Of a DNA stretch of 64,000 bases, positions 60,335 through 64,000 are shown piece by piece. Within the stretch, counting starts at the first letter, position 1; each line of letters starts with the position of its first letter. The stretch comes from an uncultured Nitrospiraceae bacterium (GTDB taxonomy: Bacteria > Nitrospirota > Thermodesulfovibrionia > Thermodesulfovibrionales > Dissulfurispiraceae). The position numbers were made by a program, and so were the translations under genes. The stretch covers positions 32,001 through 96,000 of the forward strand of contig CAVPIW010000008.1 in NCBI GenBank assembly GCA_963705105.1, given 5' to 3'. The notes below the pieces were generated by a model, which made no database searches, was not told the DNA's origin, and saw only the letters and a list, made by a program, of their open reading frames with translations.

Positions 60335-60547
60335 CCCCTGTAGTTGCATGAAAAGGCGGGGCAAAGCGCCCCAAAGCCTCGCTGATAGCGACATTGATCA
60401 TTCTAAGTTCGTTGATCAGGATTCCATCCTCTGTGTCACCGACCGTCGGCCGGAAATAGTCTTTATGGGAAGGCAAAGGTTTCGCAGTACCGATGCTTTT
60501 CGGCGCCTTCGTCCCGCCTTTCCTGATGGCGTATGCAACGACAAGGT
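60335..60547 (+). repeat. Long hairpin repeat, type I, diverged
   Basis: Both arms recognisable; ends with AAGGT. Confidence 0.8.
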
Positions 60548-60552
60548 ACTCT

Positions 60553-61646
60553 CTATTTGCCGAGAATGATTTTCAGGAAGACATTGCGCGGCGGATGAGC
60601 TTCTTTCACGAGGTCGGCCAATTTGCACAGGGCTGCAACGACAACGAACACTGAAAGAGTAATGACGATGAACAGGTAATCCGAAGAGACCTGCTCCACC
60701 CCCGCCAGTGCGAGAAGGGGTTTGAGGCCATACTCGCCGAGAGCCTGATGCGAAATATAGACCAACATGGAGTATTTCCCGAAGAAGACAGGGATCGCAC
60801 TCCAGGAGTTATGACTCACTCTGATAAATAGGGCGACCTGAGCGAGAATGGCCCCGGTCGAGAAGAAGGCAAAACCGTATGTGGGCGGATAGAAAATCTC
60901 CGAATATCCTGCGCGACTCGCCAGGATTCCTCTGTTGGTGAGATTGGGGAATGCCGAAGTGGGAACGAACAGGAGGAATGTCCCGAGAGCGAGAAGGGCC
61001 AGTCCGGGAATGGCAAGTCGTGCAATGGAGGGCTGGTTTTCGCCTCGGAACATAAAGCTGAACAGGGAGGCACCGACAAATGCATATCCCAGCCAGGGGA
61101 ACAGGGGGAAATATCCGTCGATGAACCAGCTTGCGGCGAGGCGTGACACATCGGGCACGTACAGACCATCCAGGTCGATTTCCAGGACTTCGGGATGATA
61201 GCCGACGAGAGACTGGAGAAGCGGCCCCCCAGGATAAGGATTGCTCCTGAAGCAATGAGTGACGGCATTTTCTGCTGACGGACTGCATATATGAGCGGGA
61301 TGCCGATGCCGATCACGTACAGGACATCCACGCTTGCGAAAGGCAGAAGCCTCCAGACCAGGGTATCCAGAAGAGCCCCTGTCAGAACGACCAGGGCACC
61401 GCGCGTCAGATAATATTTAAAATCGTGCCTTTGTGAACTCAGGATCACCATGCCCGCACTGAGAGAGATGAACGTCGGCGCCGCGAGGGAGCTCATGATC
61501 CGGTACCACATCGCATGGGGCTCAGCGTAATAAGGAGATAGATTTGCCGGAATCATCAGCATGATGGCGATCCCGCGAAGGAAGTCGACCCAGAGAATGC
61601 GATCCTCGCTCCGTGATCTTTCAGGATTGCCGGGGCCCGCGTTCAT
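60553..61646 (-). pseudogene. DUF1624/HGSNAT-like membrane acyltransferase, frameshifted at a G6 tract (61225-61230)
   Basis: DFLRGIAI..M N-half and FPLFPWLGY C-half lie in different frames. Confidence 0.75.
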
Positions 61647-61679
61647 CGTGTGCGATATGGATACGTTGAAGATGAGTTG

Positions 61680-61893
61680 ACCTTTCTGTTGCATGAAAAG
61701 GCGGGACGAAGCGCCTCAAAGCCTTGCTGAAGGCGACGACACGCATTGTCAGCTTTGTGTTTCAGGAATCCAAACTTTGTGTCATCGACCATCTGTTTAT
61801 AATTCGTCTTTCCTTTCGATACAGGTGTCGCCGCAGCAAGGTTTTCGGCGCATTCACCCCGCCTTTTCGGATGTCTTATTGCAACGACAAGGT
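61680..61893 (+). repeat. Long hairpin repeat, type I
   Basis: Full ACCTT...AAGGT copy. Confidence 0.9.
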
Positions 61894-61902
61894 TAATTTT
61901 GT

Positions 61903-62484
61903 CTATTTCCCGCTCTGCTTTTCTTTCAGATAGTTGGGCAGGAGGGACGTCCCTCCCGAATGCTGCTCCGTGACGACGTATTCAAAGGTGCTGCTCTCCT
62001 TCGGCCAGAAGATCATGGAGTTCTTTGCCGTTGTGACCTTTTGGCCGTTTGTCGACACGATCTTGTTTCCGGCCGGCAGGAAGAGGACGACCTCGTCATT
62101 GATCATTTCAAAGCGCCAGCCGTTGGCATGGACATAGGTCATGATCGCGGCTTTGGACGGGAAGCACTTGGGACATTTGACTTTCTGCATCTTGCGGGCG
62201 GACAGCACGTCCTTTTCCTCGAACAATTCCTTTGAAATGTCCTCGACCACATCGGGATCGAATTCCGGCTTCTGTTCCGCGATCAGCCGCTTCAGCTCGG
62301 CCCAGTCGTTCTCGACGCTGTAGTTCTTTTCGTCGACTCCTTTTTTCGAGCGGAGGTCATAGTACTCCCGTGTAATTATGCCGGTGTCAAAGTTGAGAGA
62401 GAACCTGTACTGTGAGACCGTGATGCAACCTGTCAAAAGGACGGAGATGCTGATACTCAGAAACAAGAGACTAATCGTTTTCAT
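61903..62484 (-). CDS. Hypothetical lipoprotein
   Basis: LLTGC lipobox; CPKC. Confidence 0.75.
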   Translation of the reverse strand: MKTISLLFLSISISVLLTGCITVSQYRFSLNFDTGIITREYYDLRSKKGVDEKNYSVENDWAELKRLIAEQKPEFDPDVVEDISKELFEEKDVLSARKMQKVKCPKCFPSKAAIMTYVHANGWRFEMINDEVVLFLPAGNKIVSTNGQKVTTAKNSMIFWPKESSTFEYVVTEQHSGGTSLLPNYLKEKQSGK

Positions 62485-62556
62485 AATTGTTGTCCCTTCC
62501 TTTAACACGACTATCACATGCGGCACAGGGCAATCCGGCCATCTGTCGGCAGATGG

Positions 62557-62832
62557 TTATTTGGCCTCTATCAGCTTTCCGTTAACGAATTTGTGAATGA
62601 TGCTGGCAACATATGTCTGATAAGGCAGCCCCTCACTAATTGCCCGTTTCTGCAATTCCGTCAGGTCTCTTTCTGATATTCGTATGTTGAGACGTTTATC
62701 TTTTCGCAGGGTGTTCCGTGCATACCTCATTAATTCGGCTTTTCTTTTTGAAAGATCCTTCACCGGAATCCATTCGCCTCTTTCAAAGCTCTCCAGTATT
62801 TCCTGTTCTTCTTTGGTCAGTTTCGCTTTCAT
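62557..62832 (-). CDS. CopG/RHH-type antitoxin
   Basis: KRLNIRIS..DL..A..EGLPYQT. Confidence 0.85.
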   Translation of the reverse strand: MKAKLTKEEQEILESFERGEWIPVKDLSKRKAELMRYARNTLRKDKRLNIRISERDLTELQKRAISEGLPYQTYVASIIHKFVNGKLIEAK

Positions 62833-63107
62833 TTCTTACCCCCGAAATACAATTCCGTCGCCTTTCTGCCTGGAATAACGGTTTTCAAAAATATTTCCTC
62901 TTCATCTTCAACGTAGGGCACAACGTATGCGCAACTGTCTATTCCAATTACCATTACCCGTTGTTTAGGGTGTTTTGTTTGATCCGGATGGAGATGGTCG
63001 TCCAGGATATCTCCCTTCTCGATATAATAGACAATATCCTCAAAGCAGACTCCTCTTAGTTCTTTGAGTTTCAAACTTTTTTCAGTGTTCCAATTGATCT
63101 GTTTCAT
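62829..63107 (-). CDS. BrnT-like toxin
   Basis: WN.EK..LK..RG..FE..FLKT; ATGA overlap with the antitoxin. Confidence 0.8.
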   Translation of the reverse strand: MKQINWNTEKSLKLKELRGVCFEDIVYYIEKGDILDDHLHPDQTKHPKQRVMVIGIDSCAYVVPYVEDEEEIFLKTVIPGRKATELYFGGKK

Positions 63108-63189
63108 CTACTGACAGATTATCACATTGTGTGCATTTTGGCAACCTCTTATTCCCGTCAGGGCTCCCCCCCATGATACGTCCCGGGTT

Positions 63190-64000
63190 AAACCGAAGTT
63201 CCGGTAGGGGGACAAGCTAACCTGTTGTTATTTTGATAGGAAACCATCGAGTTAGGTTTTCTGTACTGGCAACAAGCCCAGCAACTGCATAGCTCTCTCC
63301 TGTAACGGGCTGTACTCTGTATGCTGAACGAATGTCAGTGCGTCGGGCTGCGATTGTACCCGGCATCGGTTACGGCACCGGGTTGCCAATTCCGCCAGAA
63401 GACTCTGAAAGCTGTGAATCGGAAGACCATCCTCTGTCGTCCGTCTCGTCTTCTTTTTCCGTGCCGACTCCGATGGCTGCGCGGGAGCCACAGGATCACG
63501 CGTGACGCGCAGCTCCTGCAGGTGCTCGTCATCAAACAGCAGCGGAGCGAGCGCCTCCCTCATGTGCCATTCCACATAATAGGCCAGCATGCACAGAAAG
63601 ATGTGCGCCCGGACATGATCAGACGTGAAGTGCCGGATGGGCCGGACCAGCAGGTCAACCCCCTTGAGACAGCGGAATGCCCTCTCCACTTGTGACAGGC
63701 CCTTGTACTGCCGTACCGTATCAGCCGCCGACATCTCCTCCGCAGACTCACTGGTGCGGACCACGTAGATCCCGTCCAGCCGCATCTCACGCTCGATGGA
63801 CTCCTCATTCCTCCTGCACTGAAACAGTCCATCCTGGATCGTCAGAGCAAAATGCTTCCCGACCTTGTACCGGTTGATCACCTTGCCGACCTTCTGTCCA
63901 ATCTCGCTTGCCGTCAGCGGATGCCTGCTCCTGCGCTGCACCTGCGCAGCGATCTTCTGGAGGTCCCTCTGCGCTGCCTCGATCAACTCCTGCCTCTTGC
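63190..64000 (-). mobile_element. IS1634-family (IS4-like DDE) element, 3' part; transposase stop at 63252
   Basis: LDGIYVVRT, YKGLSQVERAFR and RPIRH..VRAHIFLCMLAY; element end approximate. Confidence 0.85.

Overview
A GC-rich bacterial chromosomal segment. The gene set and protein style suggest an anaerobic Nitrospirota (Thermodesulfovibrionia-like) or Desulfobacterota-like organism; this is inference only. Housekeeping blocks (ftsH end, Ca-type P-ATPase, glgP, glgC, aroF, tonB, coaX, birA, polA, tRNA-Leu, trxB fusion, mfd) alternate with accessory blocks. These hold secreted PKD/PPC/Ig-repeat proteins, a diheme cytochrome with Ig repeats, a cfa/DUF1365/DUF1295 lipid-modification cluster, a BrnT-like toxin-antitoxin pair, an IS1634-like transposase and several gene remnants. 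Six features are not explained by the ORF track. (1) A complete classical attenuator precedes aroF; its apparently leaderless 27-aa peptide carries tandem Phe-Trp-Tyr codons. (2) A dispersed ~215-285 bp long-hairpin repeat (ACCTT...AAGGT) occurs in about 14 copies, with compensatory changes between arms, a composite subtype and an association with other REP-like palindromes. (3) polA is split into two ATGA-coupled ORFs with a QxxLF motif at the junction. (4) Several genes have leaderless-type starts. (5) A ~46-bp promoter module is shared by two unrelated loci. (6) A terminator-like hairpin lies in the cspA leader.
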